Shown: positions 1 to 13,002 of the stretch, piece by piece
How the letters are laid out: every line of letters starts with the position of its first letter
Position numbering within the stretch: position 1 is the first letter of the stretch
Source of the DNA: a virus
Strand: one strand, 5' to 3'
DNA length: 64,000 nt
IMG/VR virus record: IMGVR_UViG_3300005253_000946
Notes under the pieces: model-generated
What the model was told of the DNA's origin: nothing
The model's database searches: none
The model's input: only the letters and a program-made list of their open reading frames with translations
Translations under genes and position numbers: made by a program

Positions 1-246
1 GACACGAGGCTTGTCTTTATATTTAGTAGACCTAACTACTTGTGAAGTCTTTACTACAACATCTATAAGACCTTCTTGCTCCATTATCTTTCGTTTAACT
101 TCCTGTGTGTGCCAGTCTGGATCTTCAAGAGCCACACTATCGAATACAGAAAAAGCTTTTAGAGATTCTGCTATCAACTTGGCGGTAATAGTTTTTCCTG
201 AATTTGGTTGACCCAGAACAATAACATCTATTTTTTTATCAGCCAT
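1..246 (-). CDS. P-loop-containing protein, runs off the window edge (partial)
   Basis: Manual translation MADKKIDVIVLGQPNSGKTITAKLIAESL...; Walker A GQPNSGKT after a hydrophobic strand; no stop before position 1; not in the ORF track. Confidence 0.6.
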   Translation of the reverse strand, partial: MADKKIDVIVLGQPNSGKTITAKLIAESLKAFSVFDSVALEDPDWHTQEVKRKIMEQEGLIDVVVKTSQVVRSTKYKDKPRV

Positions 247-247
247 A

Positions 248-1613
248 TTAAAGACTTCCTTTCACATGGAGAGCTAATTCTCGTATAGCCTCCAGTTCAT
301 CTTGGTATATTGAAGTTTCACCTATTAATCGACAGGAAATATCTGAGGTCTCATCTAGGCGAAACGTAGTATGGTCGAGTATCTCATCTACTACAGTTAG
401 TGCTGTATCAGCTAAGTCTGAGAGCTTGTCACGCTCTTTAAATACGTCAAACTCACCTAAACTACCTAGTATGTCGTCATCTTTATCACTCATCTTTTAC
501 TCCACTTGTATCTAAAGAAGCTGGTTTACTCCATTCAACACCCTTAGAATGTGCTATGAAAGATCCTCCATTAAATTCACCTATATGTAGTTTGCTACAA
601 TAGGCTGCCCAATGAAGTGAAAGTGTATCTTCTGGGCGGAATGTAGCTAGAAATTTTTGAAATAATTCAGACACGCTATTTGGATTGCCACTTTCCTCTG
701 CATACACCCAGAGCGTGTCTTCCTTTAACTGCCAATCAAAATCAGGCCAGCAGTCTACGTCATGCTCTTCTAATCCACGTTCCTCCACCCATTTATCAAA
801 CTTCTCTTTATCTTCTGGAGGTTCCAATTCAATTTTCAACCATTCTTTCTCTTCATCGGTTAGTTTATTTATCTCTTCACTGAACTGTAGGTAGTTATTA
901 GCCATTATATTTTCCTATTCTAATGAGTCGTAGTCGATTTCGTGGTCTGCAAGCACGTAGTGTAATTCTCCAGAATCAGAGACTGTAACCGTCAATCTAT
1001 GTTTCTCAGTAAAGATTACGAACTCGTCTTTAGATTTTTTGACTTCTTTTATCTCTTTTCCGACAAGCTGTACTCCAACAACCACTATTAGTATGTTTTC
1101 TATAATATCCCCTTCTTTAAAATCTTCAGTATTTGGACAGCGGCACCCATCAGTACGGAAGTTTTTAGGGAGGTTACAGTCGGGACATATATTCATACCC
1201 ATCATGCTCATAATTATTCTCCTTTAGTATTGTATTTCTAACGAGAGCTGGCCTAATCTTCGTTCTTCCCACCATTGTTTGGCTGTATATGAGTTAGGAC
1301 AGAAAAAGACATAAGCCCCTATATTGAGAGTAGCTTGTTGGAACTCTCCTAGGTAATTTTTCATCTGACTCAGGTTTTGTTTTCCTCTAAGTCGAAATGG
1401 GTAGGGATCGTCTTTTTCACCAACCCAAGATCTCCAAGGACGTATAGCTACGCTAAGGCATAAAACTAATGAATCGTGCGGCACTTTTAGAAACTCTTTA
1501 CCGATAGTAAGATGGAAATGGTCTTCTGGCTCAATTAAGAACCCTGTTGCTTGATTGGCTGCGGTGTCTAGACCAAATTTCTTTACTACTTGTGAAGCAG
1601 CTAACTTGAGCAT
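248..1613 (-). other. Block of small hypothetical phage CDSs (248-493, 486-905, 915-1211, 1224-1613)
   Basis: Abutting or overlapping co-oriented ORFs with GGAG-type RBSs; the last ORF is trimmed to MLKLAAS at 1613 because the track start lies inside the tRNA. Confidence 0.7.
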
Positions 1614-1634
1614 TAGACTCTCCTTTATAATTGC

Positions 1635-1711
1635 TGGCCTGGGCGGCGGGACTTGAACCCGCATAACTCCTGTTTAGAAGACAGGTGCTAATCCAATTTA
1701 GCTACGCCCAG
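1635..1711 (-). tRNA. tRNA-Arg (TCT)
   Basis: CTGGGCG/CGCCCAG acceptor stem, CCTGT-CTTCTAA-ACAGG anticodon arm, GGTTCAAGTCC T-arm, encoded CCA. Confidence 0.95.
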
Positions 1712-1900
1712 GTTATTTAATAGGACCGCCAAGATAAAGATCATGTCTCTGCCACCCTGTAAAGTCGCGTGTAAACACTCTGTCACACCCATCATCGTCT
1801 GGAGCGTCTGTAGAGACATCCACAGAGATATGTACTGGAGTATCACAAGGGACTTGCCTTAGTTGGTAGATTAGTTGTCCTGCTGTCGATCGGCCACATT

Positions 1901-4112
1901 CTACTCACTTTCTGGAGGAAGTAAACACTCAGGTTTAACCATCTCTGTAACAGTCTCTTGTACCATTGATTCATAACCCCAAGCGTAGTTGAAGTGACGA
2001 TACGCCTGAAACATTAAGTAGGCGAATCCTCCTATTACTACTACAACGACTACGACCACTATAAAGAGGGCAATACCGCTCTTTATTTTGTCCATACGTG
2101 ATTCGTCTTTACCTTTAAGTTTTCGTGACATCTCTTTTCCTTCTTTTCTTCTTTCTTAAGGCTGCCTTAAGTTCACAAGCATCATATTCAGTACCGGCGT
2201 AGGCTATAATGCCTTTAGAGTTAGAAATTGCCCACCATGATTTTGGGCCTATATCATTCTCCCATTCGCCTGGAGGTATGACATCTATGTCAGACACTTC
2301 CGGTTTACCTTCAGTGATTTTGGATTTAAGGTCTCTAGGTAGCCAAGACTCTGTAGATATACACCAGTCACCGTAGTAGACTCCGTTATAGAGAAGCATA
2401 TCTCCATGTACATCTAGCCATAGCTCTTTTTCAGCCGTGTCGTCACGCATACACCTGATCGTGAACATATAGGTGGTGATAATACACTTGAATGGACCTA
2501 GTACAGGTCCCTGAGTGCCCCAGTCATCCATATCCTGGGTAGGATCGGACCGGCCATGATAAAGCTCTAGGTAGACACTCTCAGACTTCTGGGCAGGAGC
2601 ATCTTCACCCTTTATAGTGGCGAAGACTTGTACGTTGACAACATCACCATTGTTGTCGAAGTACTTACCACAATCATTACAGATCCACCAACCCTGACCT
2701 TCGTAAGTAGTATCTTCATGGCTGACTTCTTCCATCTGACCGTCGTTAACGCAGACAGTAGAATACTCTACCGCTAACTCTGCTCGGTTCATACTGTTAT
2801 ATGCACCGCAGGAGGGGCAGTAAGGAGTACCGTCATCGTTTACCGGCATACCTTTATATGATTCAGTCATTTTTACCTAACTCCTCTGCAACACTGGCAG
2901 CTTTACCAAGCCACTGTAGATAGTTTCCTAGTCCATCTACTTGTTTAGATACAGTTTTAACTCGTTTAGCTAACGCTGTAACAAGTGTGTCTGTTTGAGA
3001 CCTGATCTTTTGCCCAGGGTTCCTGCCAAAGAACATTATTTCGGTGCTAATACTGTCTAGTAAGTTCTTTTTAGTGGGCTTGTAGTCTGGCTCCTCTAAA
3101 GGATACCCGTAAAGGTGTGCTTTAAAATCTAAGGTTAAAGCCTCAGATAAAGGCATTACCTGACTAGTCTCATGTATTTTACCGGCAGCTCTTTCAGCTA
3201 CTTCTCTGGTGTTAAATAGTTTAGCGTCAGATACAGAGGTACTAAAACCATGATCGTAACTTTTTTTTCTAGACTCTAGGTAATAGAAGTGTTTGATCGT
3301 CTTACGATCTTTCTTAGACAGCTGTCGATGCGGATACACTTTAGGATCTCCGGTTTTTAAGACGATAACAAACTTACCTAGCTTGCCTCTAGTGTCTTCA
3401 GGACTGCGTGCTCCAACTATGCTCTGTAGTTCATACAGGTAGATTCTGATCTGCTGCTTAGTTAAAGGGTTTTTATTCCATAGTTTAGTCGTCATTGGTA
3501 TCTCCGAGGTTAATGGTTAAGTTTAAATGTTTTACGGGTTGAAGCATACCTATATATACTTGCCCGTCTTTAACACTGATCTTCACTCCATTCTCTAATT
3601 CATAGTACTCCATGTTCTCAGTTAATACTGGAGGTACGTAGATTCCTATTAAGATCAGCGCCCCATGTAAAGTCTTCGGGTACATATGTATATTTACTTT
3701 TTGATCATCCTCCTCACTAGCAGACACCTTCCACTCCCAGTGATCTTCAGGCTTTGTACCGCCCATTAAAACATCACCTATTATAGCAGTAGCCAGACGT
3801 TTAGCCTCATCCATCTCAGTACCTAAAGGTATTCTGCCTTTTAAAGCTTTAGCTAGGACTTTCTGTATCTCTTTAAGATTCATCTAATTTTTCGATTGCT
3901 GGATTCTTAATAAGGTAATTAGTAAGGTACTGTGACAAACGAGAAGCCCTCTCACGTGACATCTGGACAGTGAATTTAACATTACTGCTAGAACTGTTAT
4001 TGTAGAGTGTTACGTCAGTACCAGAGCCTTCAAAGTCAATGTTTACTTTATCTTCTACTTGTCCGCTACCATACCTGTTTCGTACTGAGATTGATGTTTT
4101 GTTACCGTTCAC
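1901..4112 (-). other. Block of hypothetical CDSs (1901-2131 membrane protein, 2115-2870 with two CxxC motifs, 2863-3495, 3485-3883, 3873-4112)
   Basis: Translationally coupled ORFs (start/stop overlaps). Confidence 0.7.
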
Positions 4113-4125
4113 TATTTAGGTCTCC

Positions 4126-4722
4126 TTAATCAACAAATTTTTTAAGTGTTTTAGCTCTAGTTGGGTGTCTGAGCTTACGTAAAGCTTTAGCTTCTATCTG
4201 ACGTACTCTTTCTGGACTAAGTAACACTTTCTTTCCTATTTCGCTGAGCGTAAGTTGTTTACAATCGATACCCATACGAGAGTTTATAACGAACTGTTCT
4301 AATTTAGTTAGGGTGTGTATCGTTACTCGTATTTTCTTAGGTAGTTTGTCCGATTTTATATTAGATTCTGGTGATTCGGTTAATCTTTTAAATTCATGCT
4401 CACTGATAGCCGCTATTTGTTGTAGTTGATCGCCCCTAATAGCTTTTTCTACTAAATTCTTTTGTATTTGCATAACTACATTAGGCCAAATCCAATCTGC
4501 AGATACTCCATGAAAATCAGCTATCTTTTTAGCAACAGGATTTATTATACCTTTAGCACTGTAAGAAGGTTTATCTCTAAGGCATTCGTAGCCATTTAGA
4601 GTAGCACCGTTTATACCTATCATTTCAGCCATCTCTACTTGATTTAAACCTAAATCCTCTCTGAGTTCAATAAGGCGGTTATTCCTTAAAGAGATTTTAA
4701 GTCTGAATTCTTCATCAGCCAT
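4126..4722 (-). CDS. XRE-family HTH fused to a sigma-70 region-4-like domain
   Basis: N-term LIELREDLGLNQVEMAEMIGINGATLNGYE (XRE HTH); C-term TLSEIGKKVLLSPERVRQIEAKALRKLRHP closely resembles RpoD region 4.2; start moved to MADEEF (4722), which has an RBS. Confidence 0.8.
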   Translation of the reverse strand: MADEEFRLKISLRNNRLIELREDLGLNQVEMAEMIGINGATLNGYECLRDKPSYSAKGIINPVAKKIADFHGVSADWIWPNVVMQIQKNLVEKAIRGDQLQQIAAISEHEFKRLTESPESNIKSDKLPKKIRVTIHTLTKLEQFVINSRMGIDCKQLTLSEIGKKVLLSPERVRQIEAKALRKLRHPTRAKTLKKFVD

Positions 4723-7700
4723 TGTTACCTTCTTTGTTTTGTTCGTTCCATACTTTATCAAATGCTTCTTCTGTCTTAGGACATCCACAGCCACAGAAGC
4801 CATTTTTACCACTACCTATGATAACGTCCATGCTGTGACAGTAGCAGCCACAACCTTTATCACCATTTATAGTGACTTCTCTATCCCCGCATGTGATTTT
4901 CATCGTCATCTCCTTTAAAAGGCCACACACCTACGTATAGCTGAAATTGGTTCATCTCAGTAATTCCTACTTCGATAGGACCATGTTCTTCGATAATCGC
5001 CTGTAAACGATTAAACAACTGTTCTTGTGTAAGAGCAGGCTCACTTGGTTTACCGAACCCCGAATGATCTACAAAGAGGGTGTCGATCAGATCATCCTCA
5101 CGGTCTAGATACTCTTCAGGAGCATGGTCTATGTTCTTAGTACCCTTACGAAACGCCTCATAAGATGCTTCTTCGACAGTATCAAAGACAACACACCCTG
5201 TACCATTCTTAATAGCAGTAGCTCTTGCCTCTTCGTTTATACGTTTAATAGTAGCTAGGTCATACATCAAGTTCTCCTGTTATGTTTCCCAACATCATTG
5301 CTAGATGGATGTGCTCTATATAAGTTGTTAGAAGGATATCTTGTAACACTCCATCTGACGGGAATGGTGTAGGTTCTCTTTTCCTAAAGTGTTTGTATAT
5401 CTCGAATTGATCACAGAACACTTCTGGTGGATTTGTTCCTTCTCTTATTAGTACGCAACGTATCCCTTCATCACTTTCACCCCATATAATCATCTCTGAG
5501 ATTGCACTTAAGGCTGGGTTGTCTGTGATTTCTCGTATTCTCTCTTCTACTGACATACGTATTAGTCCTCCAAGGGTTAAAGGTTTGTGTGGACAGTGTT
5601 TATGGTTGAGCGTACCCAGGCTCGTAGATACGCAGTTGTTTATGATCTTACAGACCGTATCTCTTTGTACATACTCCTTATAACGTTATCTAGCTACCAT
5701 TTTCATTTATTGGACAGAATTGGACAGTTTAGTGTACAAGTAGAAATGGTAGTACACAGCTTCTAGTGTGTCAATATAGGGTGCCGGTTGTCCAATCTGT
5801 CTAAATCTGTACAATGAGTTGTCCATAATCTGTACAATGTACAGTATAATAGTCAGTGGGTAGCAGGTCACATATAAATAAGCGACTTCCCGAACCAAAG
5901 AGCAAACCAAATTAATGCAAACACAATGATCCAGGGTTGAGATACTACCGCCGGATGAACCAAAGAAGATATCCAAAGAGCATGGAAAGGAAAGCACATG
6001 CTTACTGTTAATCCTTTAGCTCTGAGTGATGGTTCGTGCCTCTCTCGGCCGCCTTTGACTAATAAATACTGCAAAGGTGGAAAGAATACGCTACGTAAAA
6101 CTAACAACACATAAAATTGTACCATATCGGCCTTCCTAAAAAAGGTGTCCGAAAAGTGATCGAGCGTTTGGTTTATTCTCCAAATAGGTGGTATTCTCAT
6201 CATTCGTCCTTTGTGGTCACATATGGCCATCGTGAGTGATCGACCTTTGGCAACTTTTCTAAACACTTACAATGATCGTAGATAAGCTTACCGATAGCAG
6301 TCACACTTATACCCCACTTTTCAGCCAACCAATTAAAGGTCAGACCGTTCGAGTGAATTTCCCAACAAAGGATTTCACCAAAACTACCTCCACACCCTGT
6401 AGGATGATCTTCATACTGCTCCACGATCATCCGTCGTAATCTAGCTATGTAATCTTCCTCATGTGAATTAGTCAAAAGCTGTATACGTCGTATGTTGTCC
6501 TTGATCTGCTCAATCTCGCTGAGCGATTCTTTCTCTTTTTTGTTGAAGAACTGTCTTATTTTATGTACGAAATTCATCTCTTAATCTTTACCTTTCTCTT
6601 GGGTCCTTAAATCGTGCCATGTCCGCTTTTACAAGCCTTTTACTTAGTAGGATGTTTAGAGTAGGGGCAATCGCTTTGTTGATCTCTATTATAAGGGTGT
6701 CCGCACAACTGGAGCAGAACTTCTCAGCCTCTTCAACTGATAAAGGATTCCAACTCCCAATACGTATACGTACTTTAACTGAATGATCTGTCTGTCCAGG
6801 GGTTAACTTATGTGTCTTTTCGGCCATGAAGTCTCTAATAGTTGATCCACATACTACACAGTCTTCAGTTAGTTTCTCATCACTCATGTTTATCTCCTTT
6901 TTTATAGTTAGCCACTAGTTCGCGGTAGTATTTAAGTGCTTCCGATCTCCATTTGTTCTAATTTGCTCATCATTACTCCTTACCGGTTGTCTACAACAAA
7001 TGTGTTGCCAACGTTATTGTTGTTAATATACTCGTAATCAGCTCTGTCCGGTTATGTGCTCTATAACAGAGCTTCCTAAAGCAAATAACAAGAAACCTGG
7101 AAACATTAGTGCTATTACAAACACTTCGTTTGTAATTCCTGTTAATACCAAAACAGCGTAATACAACAGTGAAATAATAGGCACTAATGCTACGTGCAGT
7201 AATAAGTTTTTCATAATCTGTGTCTTTTTAATGTTGTCAGATGGGTGCTTATATTAGTTGTTTTTCTTTGTTAGCGAGTTTGCCTCTATCGGTGATCTCT
7301 ATATCTATCGGAAAGCCTTCTGGCATGATAGTGACGTTGATTCGAAAACAACATATATCGTTGTGGCAAAGATAGTTCACACACAATCCGCCTTTCGGCC
7401 CACTGTAGAGACCTTGGCCACAAAAAGGACATTTATCTTCTTTACGTATCTTCTCCGCCAGCTCCTCATCCGTCATTAGTTGAGGAGGCTTAGGTGGTTT
7501 AGGTGGTTTAGAATGACTAAATAGTTTAGCAAACCAGTTCATTTCTTACTCCTTACGGGTACATGTTAATAAGATCGAGAATCTGTTTCTTAGTTATTGG
7601 ATCTTCCGGTATTTTAATAGAGTACTCATTACCGATACGATTTACCTCGCAACCTAACGCGGTAAGTTGCATTATAAGATTAATTGTACGCTCATCCATT

Positions 7701-8120
7701 GCGGCGGCGAATCGGTTGATGTCCTTTAAGGATGGCGGTGAGATATCTAAATCATCTGGAGTAGGTTTAAATCCATTCATATTTATACTCCTAAAGTTAG
7801 ACCGTAATAAGCCGGTTGACTAATGTATTGTACCAGTTGGTGGTTTCCTTTACGGCCACCTCTATGTATTCATCCAATGGAGAGAGGGGTCTAATTGAGT
7901 TTTCTGGGTCTACTCCTAAGTCATCAGGAGGATTGTACCACTCTAAAGGACCTCCCTGCTTAAAGACTTTACGGAACCTACCATCAGTGTATTTATCTAC
8001 TTTCTCTGAATTCACCCATTGCCTTAATTTGTCTGGGTTATCAGAGATAGCGATGGGTGTAAAGGAATTCTCGTACTTCGCGGAACGCATATCTCCTAGA
8101 ACTAATATAAAAGTCATCAC
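4715..8120 (-). other. Block of small hypothetical CDSs (4715-4930, 4881-5270, 5260-5556, ~5868-6203, 6200-6577, 6588-6887, 7249-7542, 7553-7780, 7797-8120)
   Basis: Coupled ORFs with RBSs; several are Cys-rich or hydrophobic; no family recognised. Confidence 0.6.
5677..5704 (-). promoter_or_regulatory. Putative phage promoter GAAAAT-N16-TATAAG
   Basis: One of 8 matches to GAAA(T/A)N-N16-YATAAG on the minus strand. Confidence 0.5.
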
Positions 8121-8152
8121 TGTTCTCCGGTGGTTAAGGGTTATCTACAGTC

Positions 8153-8180
8153 CTTATACCAATTAATACTATAATATTTC
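8153..8180 (-). promoter_or_regulatory. Putative phage promoter GAAATA-N16-TATAAG
   Basis: Exact consensus match upstream of ORF 7797-8120. Confidence 0.6.
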
Positions 8181-8355
8181 ATTTAAGGTGAAAGAACCTC
8201 CTGGTTTGTGACATAAGAATAGTGAAGGCAAAGGTTAAACAACTCACTTACTAAAGAGAGTACAATGGCCCCATTATTATCATCTTCATGGATAGATAAG
8301 GTTTTAGTGTATATTAAGACCTCGTACAGAAACCTGATATGGAGTAAAGAAAAAA

Positions 8356-9204
8356 TGAGTACAATGAACATACTACGTGCTAGTCTCTTAATCGGTTACA
8401 TCTGGTGTGCGGTAAATATGTACGAATCAGAGGTGGTTGTAGATATACTTCGGTATGGATTTAGTAAGCTAGCTCTGCTGATCATCTTAGCCGTAGTTAT
8501 AATCAAAGGAGATAAAAATGAGTAAACTTCAATCTAACCGTTTTCCTAACTCTAGGCTAAAAGAGAAGATCGGAGCACTAGAAGGTGAATTCGTCGATCT
8601 TCTACTATACAGTTTTGGTAGCGGTTACCAAGAAGCTAAGGGAGCAGAGTTAAAGATAATAAACAATGCTTTACAAAGGCTACGTGTTATTACTGATTCA
8701 CTGTTCCCTATAGAAGAAGCTCTTACACCAGATGAAGTTGATCGGGTTATCGAAGAGTTTGCTAAAGAAAATATGTAGGAGACATAATGACAAACAAAAA
8801 ACCAAAGTGTGGATGGTGTAAGGGTATGTTTACACCGGAGCCTGGGACTCAACATCAACGCTGCTGTTCAATAGAGTGTGAGTATGCACTACAAGTTCTG
8901 GAGCATACACCAGATAAAGATAGTCTAAAAGGAGGAAACTTATATGAAACAGACAAAGTATCGAGTTAAGAAGGTTATTTATACTGACGACCGAGGTTCA
9001 AGATACTATATTGAATTTCGTAGATGGTGGTCACCTTTCTGGAAACAATACAGAGTAGTAAGTTTAAGAGGGATTGCAGAACTTTTGTGGTGGGGAGCTT
9101 TAGATGGTGCTCTATATACAGCTAGGAACTTAAGACTATCGGAATTAAAAGTAAAATCAGAAGTAGACCCGAAAGTTGAGTACGTAGAGTATTTCCCACT
9201 ATGA
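8356..9204 (+). other. Plus-strand island of four small CDSs (~8356-8525, 8518-8778, 8787-8969, 8944-9204)
   Basis: Co-oriented ORFs with GGAG/GGAGG RBSs, opposite in orientation to the surrounding genes. Confidence 0.65.
8808..8845 (+). repeat. 38-bp perfect repeat; inverted copy at 11876-11913
   Basis: TGTGGATGGTGTAAGGGTATGTTTACACCGGAGCCTGG; both copies encode CGWCKGMFTPEPG. Confidence 0.9.
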
Positions 9205-9246
9205 AAGGAGGATAAGTTATATGACTAAAAGGGATTAATTTCCCTT

Positions 9247-9439
9247 TTAGCTATCACAACCAATAACCTCTTTCTTTGGATGAACCCAGCCAGTACCATC
9301 ACAAATCGAACAAAGGACCCATGACATGATTAGGACCAGGTATTAACTTCCTCTTTGGCGGCGTAAACGGGTAATGAGGTGTTTGACCTGTACCTTTACA
9401 CTCCTTACAAAAGGTTTGGTAGTAGCCTTCTGTTACCAT
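9247..9439 (-). pseudogene. Frameshifted small protein with DnaJ-type CxxCxGxG repeats
   Basis: CKECKGTG in one frame and CSICDGTG in the +1 frame. Confidence 0.45.
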
Positions 9440-9441
9440 AG

Positions 9442-12400
9442 TTACTCAAATCTTTCTTTAAGTTGTTTATAGGTAGCTCTTGCGGTCGTTTCTTCATCCT
9501 CTTTACGCTTCTTTTGTTTAGCCTGTACTGCTTCTTCGGTTGTCTTCTTTCGAGCTGCTTCAACGGCTGCAATCTTTTCCACTGCTTCTGTATGTATTTC
9601 AGAGAGAGCTTCATTTAACTGTGACGCATATAAAATCTGAGGCCATTCAAGTTCTACAAACGGCTCTTCGGGATCAACGTTACTAGGAAACAGTATAAAT
9701 ATCTCCCAATCATCTTCTCCCTGAGATAGCTCCTGTGTCTCTAATCGTACAATGTGATCAACTAGTCTATCCTTTGAAATATTTGTATATATTTCAAAAT
9801 CAGACGAAAAGCGGTCCATTGAGCAGCCGCGACAAACATCCTCTGAATCAGCTTTATAGGCTATTAATGTGTAGTACATTAGTCGACTCCTGTTTTTATA
9901 TGTTTATTAGTTTACCACCACAGTCAGGGCATTCAGGTCCTACACCCCAACTGACTTCAAAGAATTTCTTACATCTATTACAGCTGTAGTCGAATGTCCA
10001 GCCTAACTCGTATTCTGACTGTTCCGTTCCATCCTGGAAATTTTTGTGAACTATATATCTACGTGCCTCTTTCCTGTCTATACGTGCTGAATTAAGACTA
10101 GGCTGTTGATCTTTAGTTTTAACTAAGCAGCTATTGTCATTTAAGTAGACTACCGAAAAATGTCCTACTGTCCCTTTAGGGGTAATGTTTGTGACACCAT
10201 TGACTATTTTCTCTTGTACAGGTACATGGTAAAAACGATTTAGTTTAGTGTTTTCTTCAAGCCTTTCGTCACACATTGGACAGGGATTTGGTTTAGTACA
10301 CGGATATCCTATAGACATTGTTTTTGTGTGTTTGCTTACAGGAGGAAGACTAAATTCAAGCTTAAATAATCCAGATACTCGAAGCGTTAATGTGTATCGA
10401 GGATGGCCTGGGGTAGTAGTATTATAGTGATAAGACTCAATACTAAAGGGGTGCCATGTTATCTCGGTATGAATATTTCCTGATCTATAATGAAGATTTT
10501 TAAAGTATTTCATATTAGCGTATCTTCTTATCCATAATAGTGTTCTCAAGAGCCTTGTAATCTATGTTCAGTTTAGTGAGCTTCATGTTAAACCTCTTCC
10601 TATTTAGAGCTACCAGTATTGGATTAAAACCTAGATGTTGTATCTCAGGCACAAGGTTGTGACGTCCTGTAGGTGAGAAGCTTTCAATCTTACCAATCTT
10701 TAACTCAGGGTATTTCTTATCCATTATGACCAGCAACCCATCTCTTTAGGTGGCTTCAACCCAGTACGTTTACAATATCCACCATTAGTGTCGTGTATAC
10801 CATAATCTTTACATTCGAAACATTTATGCATCTTAGCGGGTGCAACAGGCTTTACTTCTTTAACTTTAACAAGAGGTCTACCTAACCAACCCTCTACTTT
10901 TCGTTTAAACTCTTCATCCTTGATTCTTAACATAAAGCCTAAACAGACTACACTCCATCCTTCTTTAACAGCCTTTTCGTAAAACTCATCTTCCTCTATA
11001 TCTTGAATCTTTACAGAGAATCTACCTTCATGGACCATATCGGATGCGTCTTCGAAAGTAGCTTTAGGCCATAATTTAGTAATCTCTTGTCTAACACGTG
11101 GATTATATACCAGCTCTTCTATCATTCTATACCTCTCTTGGGTTAGATCTAGGTAAGTTTTGGATGGTTAATTTGTTTACGGAGTAGCCTTCATATTGAA
11201 GATTATACTCTAATGAGAATGAGGTGTGCCGCACGAAATATTCTAGGATATCCATACTAGTACCTCTCATTACATGATTACCGTCATGGGTCAGATCGAA
11301 GATACCACTAGGGAATGGGTGTTGGAGAGTCATGCTTTAAGTAACTCCTTTTGCCGATCACTATAATATTTTTGTATACTTACTTCAGTTACATCATCTC
11401 CAGACGGAGATAACTTGTAACCTCTTAGTACAATATCTCTTTCCATTACTTCAGAGTCAGGTAAGAGTAGTACTTCATTTTTAGCCTCCACATAATCTGT
11501 GTGTTTTTTAGCTTTAGATAGTAGACGTGTCCAACGAGTTCTGAATATACAATACTCTTCGTGTTTCTTATCGTAGATCGTCCAGATCATAATACTGGTT
11601 CTATCGTCATGTAAGGCCTGAACAGCTTCTTTAGCTAATTCAAGAGTAGAAAAAGGTCCACACCAGACATTATCACCTTTACTACGTGACACCTCTTGAA
11701 AATCTAAGTAGTACCAAAAACCTTTTGTTTGTCGGATATGGAAACCTTCATATCCTTCAGTACAATGAACTTTAGCACCTCTGATGTACGTCCACTTTAT
11801 GTGTTTCATACAAGCTCTTCTGCTTCTTGAAGTGCGTGTTCACAGGTTAATCCACAACAACGTTGATGTTCGGTTCCAGGCTCCGGTGTAAACATACCCT
11901 TACACCATCCACATACCTTTGCAGCAAGTCCTGCTTTATAGGCAGACTCCGTAAGCTCAAGTAATAACTTCCCTATCGTGCGGCCCCATGTAAGGTCTTC
12001 AGGTTGACTACTGTTGTACCAGTCAGCAAAGAAGGCTATTACCTCACCGTCGCCATTAACTATTTCGTATTCGTTTTCATCCTCGTACTGTGACGGAGTT
12101 ATTTTGAGTACGATGTCCCCAATGATTGGGGTAACTTTTATTTTACTGTCGTCAGCCATTTTTTAAAACCTCTCTTTGATCTTTACTTTGTTGGTCGAAG
12201 CCCCACTTACGACAGTAATGCGTTGTAGCGTCTAACAACGTATCAGAGATCAGTAAGCAACAGGCTACGTTACGGTCACATAGACATGGCTTACGGGTTT
12301 CGTGTTCGTGTTCTTTTCTCATAATCTATTAAAACCTTTGTAAAAAGTAATATTGTTACACTATAGTCCTTATAACAAATTATGACCCAGATTTGCTCTC

Positions 12401-12727
12401 CCAACTGTTAGGTGGTTTAAACCAGTAAGAGGATTTAATATCGTACTTACTGGCCCAATAAAGGACATCATCATAACCCAACTCACTCTGAATCATCTTC
12501 ATAGGTTCCCATACCCAGAAGGTCCAGACCATCCTTCTATAGCTCCAGATGAATGTCTCTTGGTGATTGAGGTTAATAGACTTCTTATTGGCTTCATAAA
12601 AGTCTCTCTCGTACTCGTATAGAGCTGTAACGACTTTATAAGACAAGTTGAGCCAAGAGATTCTAAGGACGAATATGTACAGATGCCTGAGAATTGTTAA
12701 ACATAAGAAGATCGTTATAAATGTCAT
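9442..12727 (-). other. Block of hypothetical CDSs (9442-9879, 9896-10549 with C-terminal Zn ribbon, 10515-10736, 10724-11125, 11127-11333, 11330-11809, 11806-12159, 12380-12727)
   Basis: Coupled ORFs; no family recognised. Confidence 0.65.
11876..11913 (-). repeat. 38-bp perfect repeat, inverted copy of 8808-8845
   Basis: Lies in the 3' end of ORF 11806-12159. Confidence 0.9.
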
Positions 12728-13002
12728 CCTGTCTCCTCACCTAATTCTTTTAAAAACTTTTCATACTCTTTAAGGTTTTTTACTTGTGTAAAGCGTTTTA
12801 CACCTGGTTCTACTTCCCCGTAGAACATATCAGCTGGCCTAACCCATACACTACTCCAATTCTCTTTATCTTCATTAGATAATGTTACGTACACTACCAT
12901 TAACTCATTTGTCTCTGAGTGTGTAGCCTTATAAAGAACTCTGTAGATACCACCTTTAAAATGGCGATAAACACTACCTTCTTCAACTAAATGTAACATC
13001 AT
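12724..13002 (-). CDS. DUF1653 domain protein
   Basis: GSVYRHFKGGIYRV...HSETNELMVVY...WVRPADMF signature. Confidence 0.85.
   Translation of the reverse strand: MMLHLVEEGSVYRHFKGGIYRVLYKATHSETNELMVVYVTLSNEDKENWSSVWVRPADMFYGEVEPGVKRFTQVKNLKEYEKFLKELGEETG

Noticed and set aside
1718-1890. Protein-like frame TAGQLIYQLRQVPCDTPVHISVD... upstream of tRNA-Arg
   Set aside because: No in-frame start codon; possibly a frameshifted remnant, but too weak to call.
5707-5997. TGTACAGATT-like short repeats as a functional array
   Set aside because: Only a few degenerate copies with irregular spacing, and no consistent frame or structure.
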